Made by a program: the position numbers and the translations under genes
Source: Phoronis australis
Lineage: Eukaryota > Animalia > Phoronida
Assembly: GCA_002633005.1 (NCBI GenBank)
Contig: NMRA01000006.1
Location: 1,975,469-2,039,468 of the forward strand
DNA: 64,000 bases
Direction of reading: 5' to 3'
In this document: positions 38,401-53,400 of the stretch, piece after piece
How the letters are laid out: the number at the start of each line of letters is the position of its first letter
How positions within the stretch are numbered: position 1 is the stretch's first letter
Notes under the pieces: generated by a model
What the model was told of the DNA's origin: nothing
Database searches by the model: none
What the model saw: the letters and a program-made list of their open reading frames with translations, nothing else

Positions 38401-41400
38401 TTCAAGTCTGAAAATATTGCTGCCCTGACTGGGGCTCGAACCCAGAACATTCTAGAATACGTGTAGAATCTCTGGTCCCCTCAGCCATGAGGACCACCAG
38501 TCAAAAACAGTAATCCAATCAGACTTTAGGGTACCTACTCTATGCATACAGGAGGAAATAATTGGCTAAGAATTACAGTTTTCTTTATCAAATTTGGTCT
38601 GTTAGATAAAAGTGACAAGCGATGTTAACAGCCATAATTTCTCTTCATCTATGAGTTTACTTTTCAATTCATGATATACATAGCCTACAAAAATTGCAAA
38701 ACTATATAATAACAACTAAGACATTCTGCTATTTCTCTTATACATGTAATGATGTGTGATGTCAAGATTACAAATTAGAATGACAACAGTCAAGATTGGT
38801 TTGTTTCCTGCCTTATCACGGTTATTAATTCATTTCCATAAGCTTGCATTTTCAAGTCTCAGTCAGCTATTCAACCAGTGAGTGCATACATTCCTTTCTA
38901 ATCTCACCAGGTGATGCGTCACTTGACCAAGCTGTTTGATTGTCTGGCCAAGTTAAAACTGGAGGAAGACTCAGACGGCAATGTCCTCAAATCTGCACTG
39001 GGCATGTACAGTAAAGATGGAGAGTACGTGGAGATGGATGCCAAGTGTGACCTCAGTGGACAGGTAGGTTGGGCAGACCTTTTGAATCGGTTTGTGCTGG
39101 GAGTTCTCCCATTTGAAAGGTAAGTAGGGATGTGCCACAAACATAGGTTGGCATTTTACCCTGAGGTGTTATTTTGGGTGGGTATTTTGCTCTTTCAGGT
39201 GTCGTCTGAGTAGTCTGTGACTTCGAGGTATCAGTATTTGGGAGTTTGTACTACTGGCCTTGGGAGTGAAAGTGATTGTTTTCTGCATAATTTGAATACC
39301 AATCCCAATCCTTACTTGTCTCTTCAGTTGTAACAACATCAGTTTGCATTTTACTCATTCTGTTTCGGTCACCTGCACGCAGGTTGAGATGTGGTTGAAC
39401 CGTGTCCTGGACTCCATGCGGACGTCCATCTTGGCTCAGTTTGCTGACGCTGTCACCGCTTATGAGGAGAAGCCTCGTGATCAATGGCTGTTCGACTTCC
39501 CGGCCCAGGTGGCACTGTGTGGCACACAGATTTGGTGGACGACAGAGGTCAACATGTCGTTTGCTCGTCTGGAAGAGGGTTATGAAAACGCGCTGAAGGA
39601 CTACAACAAGAAACAGGTAACAATTTCAGTGAGGTGTATTGACTGTGGATTTATGATAACTTTGTTTTATATATTTTTGGTTGGCATACCTTTAAATTAG
39701 CATAATAATTATAATAATCATTGTAATGTCTGATTTACCATTTTCACGCTCATCATATTATTAAATGCAATGTTTTTCTTTCCCCAGTTAACATCATAGC
39801 ATTTTGCTACTGAAGTGTTTCAAGAAAAAAATACAATGTTATAAGCTTTTTGGTGTCGCGTCTTGCCTATAGATTGCCCAGCTGAACTCGCTCATCACCA
39901 TGTTGATTGGACAACTGTCCAAGGGTGACCGGCAGAAAATCATGACCATCTGTACTATTGATGTCCACGCCCGTGATGTGGTGTCCAAGATGATCGTTCA
40001 GAAGGTGGAGAGTTCTGGAGCCTTCATGTGGCTAAGTCAGGTAATTATCACTGGTAATACTAATGTGACAAGTCACTAAATCAAATCACTGGTAATATTA
40101 ATGTGACGAGTCACTAAATCAAATCACTGGTAATATTAATGTGACAAGTCACTAAATCAAATCAAATCACTGGTAATACTAATGTGACAAGTCACTAAAT
40201 TAAATCAAAGCAATCCACACTGGTGATTGTGTGAAATGGGATGTCCTAAGGTAATGATCATACTACCGAAGCAGAGCTCGATATGGCTTTAATGGATTTT
40301 GGGAAAAAGCAGTGAGTTGTTTTACAGTGAATAATGATCGAGGTACTTGCTGTACATGTTCGAGTCCCTGCAGAGGACATGCTGTTGCCAATCAGTATAC
40401 TGGAGAACACTTACCAAATTCATCCATGTTTAATAATTGAACTTTATTGTCTGTTATTTAATTCTTTTAAAATAATTAAGACTATTTTACTTAGTCAGCT
40501 CTTTACGAAGCCTTCTAATTTTCTGACCATAACATTGGCCTAATGATAATGATCAAATTACAACTATTTTTCAATTGTATCAATTTTGTGTTCTAGCTGC
40601 GTCATCGCTGGGATGAGACCGAGAAGGACTGCTTTGCCAACATCTGTGATGCCCAATTCCGCTACTCGCACGAGTACCTTGGCAACACACCCCGCCTCGT
40701 CATCACACCCCTCACTGACAGATGCTACATCACACTCACCCAGTCGCTCCATCTCATCATGAGTGGTGCACCCGCTGGCCCCGCTGGTACGGGCAAGACC
40801 GAGACCACCAAGGATCTGGGACGTGCACTCGGCATCATGGTCTACGTGTTCAACTGCTCCGAACAGATGGACTACAAAGTATGTGCTTTCATGTTCTTTG
40901 AATAAAGAGCAAAATGAATGTCAAAAGTGTAAGAAAGAGGATTTTGTTTAATATGATTGCAGTAATTGAAATTTAGATTGATATGGCCTATTCTAAATCT
41001 GTTTCAGCTCTTGACTTGTTAAAATCGTTTTTTTTTTGTAAGAATTAGATGTTGTTATTTTTTGCTGTATCGTCAACCGATTTCTATGCTGGTCTACTTA
41101 TGAATCACTATTGAACGGAACATCAGAAATACTTATGAATCACTATTGAACGGAACATCAGAAATACTTGTGAATCACTATAGAACGGAACATCAGAAAT
41201 ACTTATGAATCACTATTGAACGGAACATCAGAAATGAACACTATCATACCTTTGCTTCTTATTTTTCTTGGCGTTCTTGTGAAGTGTTTCTAGCGTGCAC
41301 CCTTTTTATCATATTTTTTATGTTCCACTTTCGAGCAAGGCTCTAAAATGAATCGCTCTGTATTAACGTGTACTCACAGAATATGCTTTCTTATTCCCTT

Positions 41401-44400
41401 TCAGTCATGTGGCAACATCTACAAAGGTCTTGCTCAGTCGGGTGCTTGGGGATGCTTCGACGAGTTCAACCGCATCTCCGTCGAGGTCCTGTCTGTGGTT
41501 GCGGTCCAGGTGAAATGCATTCAGGATGCCATCCGTGACAAGAAGACTAGATTCGACTTCCTGGGAGAAGAGATCAACCTGATACCGACGGTCGGCATCT
41601 TCATCACCATGAACCCAGGCTACGCTGGAAGAACCGAGCTGCCAGAGAACTTGAAGGCTCTATTCAGGTGAGATAGGAAGAGTTGTAAATCAATTACAGT
41701 ATGTGTTTTTAATTGCAGTTCTAAGTTGTACAGTATGGAAGAAATAACAGTTGACATACCATTCCAAAATATTGGCCTTTTTACCTAGTAGCCTATGAAT
41801 TGAATTGCTGGGAATTTCAAATTTGTCTTTTGGTAACAAATGCGTCAGGACAGTCTTTCCACATTCAACTTCTCTTTGCTACAATCGCATGTTAGGAATC
41901 CATAGTTTGGTCAGTTTATCCTTATTTTGATGCATCGTTAAGGTTAAATGTCTTAATAAAAGCGTGATTTTAGTTAGCCCAAACATTTTGCCTTAGTCAT
42001 GCTCGACTCGTAATTGTTCATCACAGTTAATTCTAATATGTGTTTTATCCTCACTACAGGCCATGTGCCATGGTGGTGCCCGACTTTGAACTGATTTGTG
42101 AGATTATGTTGGTGGCCGAGGGTTTCCTTGAAGCTCGTCTCCTGGCCAGGAAGTTCATCACACTCTACACACTGTGTAAGGAACTGTTGTCCAAACAGGA
42201 CCACTATGATTGGGGCTTAAGGGCCATCAAGTCTGTACTTGTAGTGGCTGGTGCCCTCAAGAGAGGTGACCCTGGGAGGCCTGAAGATCAGGTGAGTTCA
42301 TTGTTGTGTAGTACCACCTATGCCTTTGTTTGATTGGTAGTTTTCTTAATTATTTCTTTCTTAAAAGAATTTCATATAGGCAAAAGATAGATAAAAGGTT
42401 TTTACACTGCATTTGAACAGTCTCTGGATTATCCTGCATTGAGACTATAAAATTTCAAAATTTGTATTTTATCAAATTTTCTGCAATTTCACATTGTTGT
42501 GTGTCACCGTAGTGATCGAGTTATGTCGTCGTTATCCTACTTTTGCGTAGTGCGATGTTCATGTCGTAGTACAACTATAAAATTTCATGAAGCCATTGAC
42601 ATGGTTGGAAGGCAATGTGGTCAGTCAGGTGTAGAAGTAGTAGAGCGGTCACATCCACTGAAACTGTCTACTGATGTTCATTTCCAGGTACTGATGAGAG
42701 CCCTGAGGGACTTCAATGTGCCCAAGATTGTCACTGACGATTCTCCTGTGTTCCTCGGTTTGATTGGTGACTTGTTCCCTGCCCTTGACGTGCCACGGAA
42801 GAGAGACCCTGACTTTGAGAAACTTGTCAGAGAGGCAACGCTTGATCTGAAGCTGCAGCCTGAAGATGGTTTTGTTCTTAAGGTACAAGTTAGATGATGC
42901 AAATGCTGAATGACAATGGAGATGATGATGATGATGATAATAATGATGATGATAATAAAATAATAAGTATGGCATGTTAGTGAATGAGCACTGTTAGGAA
43001 AACTACAGACTTACGTTTTGTGTATTATTTCATCCAATAGATCATATTTATCGGAACTTTTCATTGTAGTCTGTGATCAAAGAAACTGCTATTCCCTTTG
43101 CCCAGTGATACTGTCGCCTCAAAATTTTCATGCGGACACTGTTATTCTCCTTGTCTAGATCAATCTTGTCACTGGTCACTTCAATGTTATGTCCAAAGTG
43201 CTCTCTCAGGCATTAAGTCCTACATTGATCTTCCTACAGGTTGTGCAGCTACAAGAGTTGTTTGAGGTTCGTCACTCCGTTTTCATCATCGGTAATGCTG
43301 GAACGGGCAAGTCTCAGGTGTGGAAAACTCTGCATAAATGCTATCAGAATCAGAAACGCAAGCCCATCGCACAGGACCTGAACCCCAAGGCTGTGACCAA
43401 CGACGAACTGTTTGGTATCATCAACCCGGCAACGCGTGAGTGGAAAGACGGTCTCTTCTCCGTTATCATGCGCGATCTCGCCAACGTGACGCACGACGGC
43501 CCAAAGTGGATTGTATTGGATGGTGACATTGACCCTATGTGGATCGAATCTCTCAACACTGTGATGGATGACAACAAAGTGTTGACGTTGGCCAGTAACG
43601 AGCGCATTCCCCTGACGCCGTCAATGAGGTTGCTGTTTGAGATCAGTCATTTGAAGACCGCCACACCTGCCACGGTCTCCCGTGCCGGTATCCTCTACAT
43701 CAATCCTGCTGATCTTGGCTGGAACCCGTTCGTCACCAGTTGGATCGACACGCGCGAGGTCCAATCTGAGAAAGCCAACCTGATGATCTTGTTTGACAAG
43801 TACGTGCCCACATGTTTGGACGTGTTGAAGACAAGGTTCAAGAAGATCACGCCCATTGCTGAAGTCAGCCACATTCAGATGCTGTGTTACCTGCTAGAGT
43901 GCTTCCTGACACCAGAGAACACCCCACCTGACTGTGCCAAGGAGTTGTACGAGCTTTACTTTGTGTTCTGTACTATCTGGGCGTTTGGCAGCAGCATGTA
44001 CCAAGATCAGGTAGGTGCCAGCCAAGCTTCACTATCGATTCTCTCAGTTGGTCTGAGTATGTTGCAGAATTTTTAAAATGTAAAAAAGGATTGAATTTTT
44101 GTCAAAATGTATCTTTCATCCCTGAAATTGTGATGAAAATCAAACGTAAATTAATTGAAAATTATTTGACAATGAGCCAAATAATTTTGCTTTAAAATTT
44201 CATTGTTTTGTATTGTTAGTGGTTCTTAAAGTACATCGTGCCTCAACACTTTCTGGGGGTGATAATTCTCGTCCATGTGCAGAGTTAATGCTCTACAATA
44301 AAACAATGAAAATGAGCTACTAGTTACAAAATGGTTCTGAGACTCATTTTAATCTGTCTGTTGATACTTAACAACGTCGTGTTTTCAGTTGGCTGATTAC

Positions 44401-47400
44401 CGAGTGGAGTTCACCAAATGGTGGATAACAGAATTCAAGACCATCAAGTTCCCATCAGCTGGTACATTGTTTGACTACTACATCGACCCGGAGACCAAAA
44501 AGTTCGAGCCTTGGTCCAAGAGGGTGCCTAAATTTGAATTGGATCCTGACATGCCCCTACAGGTATCAATTAAAGCATGTCTGACTGGTTCCTAATATGG
44601 GACATTTTAATACGGCCATCGTTGTGTAGTTTTGAGCTATAATGTTGTGAACAGACAATGCGTTAAAAAGTTATCGTCTGCTCTACTGAGACCACCATTG
44701 TGGTGTACCCTAAGAAGAAAACTGTAACATGTAAACCAAATGATTAATGGTTAGATACTAGCTTCACAGTCAGTTCGCAATCGATTTTTTTTCGATATTG
44801 TTTTTGTCCTCTCGGGGGAAAAAGATTTAGATGCTAATTAAAGCAATGTGTGATGCTGTCTAATTGCTGACCTAAGATGTAAGTGATTTCCTATCCTAAT
44901 TATAAAAGTCAATTCATAATTGATCGCGCAGCTTCCTGCTTGTTCAGTCCCATGAAATATTACAAAAATTCCAACCAGATTGTCATCCCACTTCCTTCCC
45001 ACAGGCGGCGCTAGTGCACACAGCTGAGACAACCCGTGTCCGCCACTTTATGGACTTACTCCTTGAACGCAAGCGTCCCGTCATGTTGGTGGGTAATGCC
45101 GGTACTGGCAAGACTGTCCTGATGGCAAGCAAGTTGGCCAGCTTTGACGAGAACTACGTCATCACGAACGTACCGTTCAACTTCTACACGACGTCGGCCA
45201 TGTTGCAGGGTGTTCTAGAGAAGCCACTGGAGAAGAAGGCCGGACGAAACTACGGCCCACCGGGAAGCAAGAAGCTTATCTACTTCATTGATGACATGAA
45301 CATGCCCGAGGTGGGTGTGAAACAGGGGATCTAATTAGATTTTAGATTTTAATCTTGTTGCAGAATAGAAATAAAGGCAGACAATACTTAGGAGAATAAG
45401 GCAGTTTTCTTAGTTTCAATTTCTTTAATTTAGAAACAGCATTTGATTTTGAAGGTGTCTGAAAAGGTCAAAATTTCACACCTTATCCAAGAGAAATAAG
45501 TGTCTTGTGGTATTACTGTCAGATACTTCACTATACAACCACATGTAACTAAATGTGTTTCGTCGTATTCTAGGTTGACATGTACTTCACTGTATACAAC
45601 TGAATGTGTTTCATCGTATTTTAGGTTAATTGACATGTACTTCGTTGTATACAACTGAATGTGTTTCATTGTATTCTAGGTTGACATGCTTCGTTGTATA
45701 CAAGTGACTGTGTTTCATCGTGTTCTAGGTTGGCATTTTTTCGTTGTATGCAACTGAGTGTGTTTTATTGTATTCTAGGTTGATATGTACTTCACTGTAC
45801 AACCACATACACTGATCCGGCAACACATTGACTACAGTCACTGGTACGACAGAGCCAAGCTGTCTCTGAAGGAGGTGCACAATACACAGTATGTCGCCTG
45901 CATGAACCCCACAGCTGGTAGCTTCACCATCAACCCACGTCTGCAGGTAAGCCACAGCCCCACTAAAGGCCAGCTTTGTTTTGTTTTATCTTTCCCATTG
46001 GACATTGCCATTGTTGGTACAATTATATTTATTTTAAGTATAACTGTCTCTTACAAATCAATTCTTCAAATCAAAATGACAGTCTGCGATCCTTACCCCT
46101 TTTACTTCAATATGTTTTCTTTTCAGCGTCACTTTTCCGTGTTTGCCATGAGCTTCCCAGGTGTAGACGCTCTGGAGACTATCTATTCATCCATCCTGAC
46201 TCAGCACACCGCGTACGCCAGTATGCCCAGCGTCATCTCCAAGTTTGTACCCAATGTGGTCAAGGGTGCGCTAGCTTTGCACGCCAAGGTGGCTCAGTGT
46301 TTCTTGCCCACAGCTATCAAGTTCCACTACGTGTTCAACTTGAGGGATCTGTCCAATATCTTCCAAGGTATTAGAAATGAATGACTTAATGCCTGCCTTC
46401 AACAAATTTTTGTTATTTCTAGTGTATTGAGGTATCCAGATAATCCTAGCAATGCTGTGGGAACAAACTGGCACCAAAATTAGAAATGATATTTTCATTG
46501 CAACGTTCAAGTTGCATTTTCAGATAACTAGTAGCATTTGCTTATCAAAGCATTAATTACTGTTAACCAGCCGTAGTTTGTCCAGTAATCCAATAATTAG
46601 TAAGTCTTAAACAGTAATTATTGCCTCCACTTTAGATCGAAACGTATGGTGCACTTAATGTTTTCTGACAATTAGTACCGGATAGCTAGGGATTCGAGTT
46701 CACTATTGATACTTTAAGAATTCAAGGGAATTTTTATTTAATTGTAGGCAGAGAATTTCGACCTATTCAAAAAGATTTAGCCTTTGGGGTCATAGGAAAG
46801 ACCTCAAAGAATTCAAGCCGTGTATAAAAATGTTGTTTTTAGCATATTATTAAGTTGTTGTTTACAAGAAAATCTAGTTTACATAGCCACTTATAAGGGT
46901 CCCACATCTTGAGAACTAGCACCCCCGTTCAAATTTCACTGCATTCGTTGGGCTTATTAAGATCACTATGATAACCAAAGTGGTTGATACACAAGTCAAG
47001 TCGCCCATCGTATTACTCAGGTTACACAATAGAGGTTGGGACATATCGACAAAGGAACAGCATTTGCAAGGCACGTTATTGCTCTTCTGTTAATGTAGTT
47101 AACTGATTGTTGTTGTTCAAACAATGAAAAATTTTAATTTTCAATGGCAGATTTAGTTTTTATAGTCCGTAGAAAGAATATTGCCATGAACAGGCAAAAG
47201 TCATCATAAAATATCCATCTGTGTTCCCTATAATCCCCAAATAAGTCTAGGCGCTGTGATAACTGCCTATTGTAATTACAACCTGTTAGAAGCATTTATA
47301 GCACCTAATGTGGGTCTCAAAATCCAGCACCCCTGTATGTGACTATTACCAAATCTATCATGTGTCAAATTGTTGTTTCAGGCCTGTTGTTCTCGACCGC

Positions 47401-50400
47401 TGAATGCATTAAGCAGCCAATGGACTTGCTGCGTCTCTACCTGCATGAGGCGGAGCGGGTGTATGGCGACAAGCTTGTAGACGAAAAGGACCAGGAAACC
47501 TTTGAAAAGATTAAGAAGGAGATTGTCAAGAAGAACTTTGAAGATCTTGATGAAGCCGTGGTTCTGGAAAAGCCTAACATCTGGTGTCATTTTGCCACGG
47601 GCATTGGGGATCCCAAGTACTTCCCTGTCGAAGGCTGGGAATCGTTGACAAAAATTCTGACAGACGCAATGGATAACTACAATGAGATCAATGCCGCCAT
47701 GAATCTGGTTTTGTTCGAGGATGCCATGGAGCATATATGTCGGATCAATCGCATTCTGGAGTCTCCTCGAGGTAATGCTCTGCTCGTTGGTGTCGGTGGT
47801 AGCGGTAAACAGTCTCTTTCTCGTCTCTCCTCCTTCATCAGTAGTCTGGAGGTGTTCCAGGTGACCTTGCGCAAGGGTTACGGCATTCCAGATTTGAAGT
47901 TGGATCTGGCGCAGCTGTACATGAAAGCTGGTGTGAAGAACGTGGGTACCGTCTTCCTGATGACTGACGCGCAGGTTGCCGATGAGAAGTTTCTAGTGTT
48001 GATCAACGATTTGTTGGCATCTGGTGAGATCCCAGATCTGTTTCCTGATGATGAGATTGAAAACATCATTAGTGGAGTCAGGAATGAAGTCAAAGGTCAA
48101 GGGCTGGAAGACACTCGAGAAAACTGCTGGAAGTTCTTTATCGAACGTGTCAGGAAAACCTTAAAGGTACAGTTTGAATGTTATTGTCTTACTTTTAATT
48201 TCATCCTAGTGTCATGTTTTGGAAATATTTTAAAATTCTTTTCTGAATTTGTGTTTCGTAATTAATTCAAGTGGTGATTTTTTTTCTAAAGAAAGCGCGG
48301 CAGTAATATAACAAACAGTTCTGGAATAACATTGAATTTTTTGTGTAAATTAGTCCCAAGTTAAATGCCACTGACTTTTTTCTGGATAGAAAAAAATAAC
48401 TTGTGCACCTCCCAGAGTAGAGACGGCCCCCTTTCTTTGAGCTACCTGGTGTGTCTGTTTTATCTGTTGTGACAGAAAGATTCCCACAATCCATTGCACA
48501 CATGACCTCTCCTGCCTGTAAAAACTCACTGCATTGTTTTCAACATAAGTAAACCTGTATGCTAATAATAGTAAATTAATCATCATTTAATTTGTGCAGG
48601 TTGTGTTATGCTTTTCACCTGTGGGTGCAACCATTCGTGTGAGAGCGCGTAAGTTCCCGGCTGTGGTCAACTGCACCAGCATCGATTGGTTCCACGAATG
48701 GCCACAGCAGGCGCTTGTGTCTGTCAGTCAGCGCTTCCTTGGTGACATTGAACAACTCCCAGTAAGTGACTGTTTTGTTTCATAATTATTGTCCGTTATG
48801 TGTTTCAGTAGTTACGCTCTGAATGTGATTTTTTTTCTTAAATAAGTGAGCTTATGTAACTAAAATCTTAGGAGTACTCATTTGTATTAGGCAGTCACAG
48901 TTATTTAAACAGTATGCTAATGTCTAGAAATTCTTGAATATTACTATTAACTTCAGAACTGAATCTCAAAGACTTTCAAGCATAGTAATGATAAAATGTA
49001 CTGTCCGTAACAACACAGTAGTATTGTACATTCTCTCTTGGCACAGTGTTGAATGTAAATGTTTTTATTGCCCCACAGTCCGAGCTCGTGAATAGTGTGG
49101 CTGACTTTATGGCGTACGTGCACACATCGGTGAATGAGATCAGTCAGATGTATCTGTCGAACGAGCGCCGGTATAACTACACGACACCCAAGAGCTTCTT
49201 GGAACAAATTGCTCTCTACCATAAGCTATTAAAGATGAACAGTGCAGAGCTGCAAGCCAAGATGCAGCGTCTGGAAAATGGTCTAGAGAAGTTGAACAGT
49301 ACTGCGTCACAGGTTTGTGCTTGTTGAGGTTACAGTAATTTTTCTGTTAATCCGTACACGATGATAAATTGTACATGCAGTCTCGTGAAATGGGTTGAGA
49401 ATTTTGTGGAGCTGTATACTTGCATTAGGTCGCGGAAATGTTTCGTACAGCATATTCCTATGGAAACAATGACTTAACATGGATTAATGGAATGATTACA
49501 GAACAATAGTACATGGCTTTAAGGCACGTGGTTAAGTTTCACTAGTATGTGGCATGTGAATGACCAGTATCATTGCCTTGTAGATTTGTTTGAATGACCT
49601 ATCTGTTAAAAGTTACCTTATGTGCTTAATACCAAACAGTTGTGTTTCTCCAGGTTGATGACCTGAAGTCCAAGCTAGCTGCCCAAGAAGTGGAGTTAGC
49701 TCAAAAGAACGAGGACGCCAACAAGCTAATTCAGGTGGTTGGTGCCGAGACAGAAAAAGTATCCAAGGAGAAGGCTGTTGCCGATGAAGAGGAGAAGAAA
49801 GTAACAGCCATTGAAAAAGACGTGTCTGTCAAGGCAGCTGACTGTGAGCGTGACTTGGCAGCTGCAGAGCCTGCCCTGCTGGCTGCACAGGAGGCGTTGA
49901 ACACGCTGAATAAGGTTAGTACAAGGTGTTCAGCAAAAATTTTAGAAATTTATCAAATGTTCTGTGGAAGAGCAACTGCAGTCGCATCGGCTGCACCCAG
50001 CTTAGAAGATGATTATTTTATTTGTTACCTCCAAGGGGTTTTGAATAGCCCAGCCCAGAATGGGGCGCTGCCATTCAATTGTTTCCACCCCATTAATTGA
50101 CCCACGCTACACAGAACCTCATGGACTGACTTTTCTGAAATTTGTGTTATATTTCGTGTCCAACAAATAAACTTTGGACTTTGAGGAATGAAATGTTTGA
50201 ACAGAAAACAATACGATTGGCTCTGTCCAGTACTCAACCAACTCAATTTTAAACCTGTGCATCACTTTATAAAGAAAAAAGAATTAAGCATCCGGGTCCA
50301 TTTCATCTGGGTTCAGATGACCTTTTGTTTTTGAAAGTATGGATAATTTATTAAAGGTATTCTATTGCGTCATTGCGTGAATTTTCAAAGAACACAAACC

Positions 50401-53400
50401 AAAAACAGTGGCCTGTCGATTAAAGGTACGAGTTAGTTAATCTATATCAAGAGCTCAACAACAGAAACGCATATCTCTTAGTAAGGTTGCTAAGCTGTTA
50501 ACGATACAATTAGCCCATAAAGACTTCTCAGTACCTGCCCTTTATGTATTGTGCGAGCACCTGGGACAATGTCCACATTCTTAAACGACTTGTATTTGCA
50601 GTGTAACTGATCAAGTATTTATTTTCCTCCCTGCAGAACAACTTGACAGAACTGAAATCATTTGGTTCACCCCCGGGGGCTGTCGTCAATGTCCTGGGGG
50701 CTGTCATGGTGCTGCTGGCGCCAGGTGGAAAGGTCCCCAAAGACAGGAGCTGGAAGGCCGCCAAGTTGATCATGGGAAAGGTGAGAATGCATGGTCGAAA
50801 CAGGATGTCTTTATAAAGAATTAACGCCAGTCTCGAGATCTAAACATCTTCCCCCCAAATTTAAATTTAAATTGTAATCCGTTTTGAACACTTGTGTTTG
50901 CCTTTACTGCCACCCACCAATTAGTAAATTTATGACGTCAATGTAAATCCCTTGGGCATTAAGTAGATCAAAAGTTTTTGCTTGACAAATGTAACATAGA
51001 CTTAGGTTTACCTAGATTGTCCAGTAAATTCCACTTGACTTCTTAAGAGATGTGCGATTTTTAACCATATTTTCTTACATAAATCTGTTGAAGTCTTTGA
51101 GACGATAACCAGAAATGCTTTAACTATTATTGAATTTGTTTTAGGTTGATCTATTTTTGGACTCTCTCATCAATTACGACAAGGAGAACATCCCAGATGC
51201 TGCACTGAAGGCTGTTAGACCTTATCTGGAGGATTCAGAATTCGACGCCGATTTTGTGCGCACCAAGTCTGCTGCTGCAGCTGGTATGTGTGCATGGGTC
51301 ATCAACATCGTCAAGTTCTACGAAGTCTATTGTGATGTGGAGCCCAAGAGACTCGCTCTTAATCAAGCCAATGCCGAATTGGCCGTGGCCCAAGAGAAGA
51401 TGAGGGTGATTAAGAACAAGATAGCAGCCCTGGAAGAAGCTCTCGGAAAACTGACTGCTGATTTCGAACGGGCGACCAGCGAGAAGTTGCGGTGTCAACA
51501 AGAGGCTGACAACACTAATCGCACCATCGAGTTGGCCAATCGTCTTGTCGGAGGGCTGGCCTCTGAGAACGTCCGTTGGGCGGAGTCTGTGAAAGGATTC
51601 CAAGAGCAAGAGAAGACACTGCCCGGTGATGTGCTTCTCATTACAGCATTTGTTTCTTACGCCGGCTGCTTCACTAAGCCTTACCGTATCGACATGATGA
51701 ACAACCATTGGCTGCCATTCCTTAAAGGTCTTAAAGTGCCCATACCCACCACACCGGAGTTGGATCCACTTTCTATGCTTACAGATGATGCCACCATCGC
51801 CGGCTGGAACAACGAGGGGTTGCCTAGCGACAGGATGTCCACAGAGAACGCCACGATATTGTCCAACTGCGAACGTTGGCCACTGATGATTGATCCTCAG
51901 TTGCAGGGTATCAAGTGGATTAAGACCAAGTACGGCGACAACCTTCGAGTGGTCCGTCTGGGACAGAAGGGATATTTGGATGCCATTGAAGCAGCAATAT
52001 CCAGCGGTGATGTGGTGTTGATTGAGTTCATTGGTGAGAATGTCGACCCTGTCTTGGATCATGTGATGGGCCGTAACACCATCAAGAAGGGACGGGCAGT
52101 CAAGATGGGCGACAAGGAGGTAATTATTGACTTTTATGCTAAGTTTCATTTCAGTTAATGTATGTTGTGGACCAAGCCAATTGTCTTCACTCAATTTTTA
52201 TTTCACCAGTTCAATGATCAAATATTTCATTAACATTGACTCACGAAGAAATAAAAGAATTTCATATATGTTTAAAGTTTTACTAGAACTCGGACAGTAG
52301 TCTTGGGCTAAACTAGACTTGCAGCACTGGCATCATTACTATTGCAATCTGTTTAACTCAGGTGGAGTGGAACCCCGAGTTCAAGCTGATTATTCAAACA
52401 AAGCTAGCCAACCCTCACTACAAGCCAGAGATGCAGGCTCAAACAACACTCATCAACTTCACTGTCACCAGAGATGGTCTGGAAGATCAGTTGTTGGCGG
52501 CAGTTGTGGCCAAGGAACGTCCTGACCTTGAGGAGCTTAAGTCGAGTTTGACGCGTCAGCAGAATGAGTTTAAGATCACACTGAAGGAGCTTGAAGATTC
52601 ATTACTCGCTCGTCTGTCAGCTGCCGAGGGAAACTTCCTTGGTGACACGGCGTTGGTGGAGAATCTGGAGACAACGAAACGCACAGCGGCGGAAATTGAA
52701 GAAAAAGTGAAAGAAGCCAAGGTGACCGAGGTGCAGATCAACGAGGCACGTGAAAGCTATCGGCCAGCTGCGGCAAGGGCGTCATTGCTCTACTTCATTT
52801 TGAATGACCTGAACAAGATCAACCCCATGTACCAGTTTTCACTGAAGGTGAGTCTTAGCTAAATTGGTAATGACAGAATGGTTGATAGCAATTTATTTTG
52901 GGTTTTGGAGAGAGTGGTCACTGGGATAGTTTTTATTAATTCATATCCATTCCAAGATATAATATTGTTAAACTTTGTATTGTTTGTGCAAAGTAACAAA
53001 TTGCCCATTATTTGTGTTGTTCATCTTTGCACAGCTTAATTATTTAACCTTTTCTATTTCTCATTCCACAGGCATTCAGCGTTGTCTTCGAAACTGCCAT
53101 CGACAGAGCTGAACCAGCTGAAGAAGTCAAGGCCCGTGTTTTGAACCTGATCAATTGCATCACCTACTCTGTGTTCATGTATACCACCAGGGGTCTCTTT
53201 GAGAAGGACAAGCTCATCTTTACATCGCAGGTTGCTTTCCAAATCCTGACAATGAAGAAAGAGATCAACCCAGTCGAGCTCACGTTCTTGCTACGTTTCC
53301 CCGCAGTTCCGAACCTCACCAGTCCCGTCGACTTCCTAAGCAACATCGGCTGGGGTGGCATCAAGGCTTTGGCAGCAATGGATGAATTCAGAAACCTCGA

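Noticed and set aside
38418-38495. Functional tRNA gene
   Set aside because: A and B boxes are present but there is no proper cloverleaf; treated as a SINE head or pseudogene.
40047-41235. 35-39 bp repeats resembling CRISPR repeat length
   Set aside because: Head-to-tail with no unique spacers, inside spliceosomal introns, and no cas genes.
45524-45800. 50-bp repeat as a CRISPR-like array
   Set aside because: No spacers; the unit is the dynein splice junction itself.
47789-47980. Non-standard AAA4 Walker motifs (GSGKQ; LMTDAQ)
   Set aside because: Degeneracy of AAA4 is typical of this axonemal dynein class, so it is not novel.
51235-52194. 319-aa minus-strand ORF, and similar antisense ORFs such as 58507-59241, 37673-38152 and 32297-32725
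   Set aside because: Antisense shadows of dynein exons caused by codon bias; no recognisable motifs.
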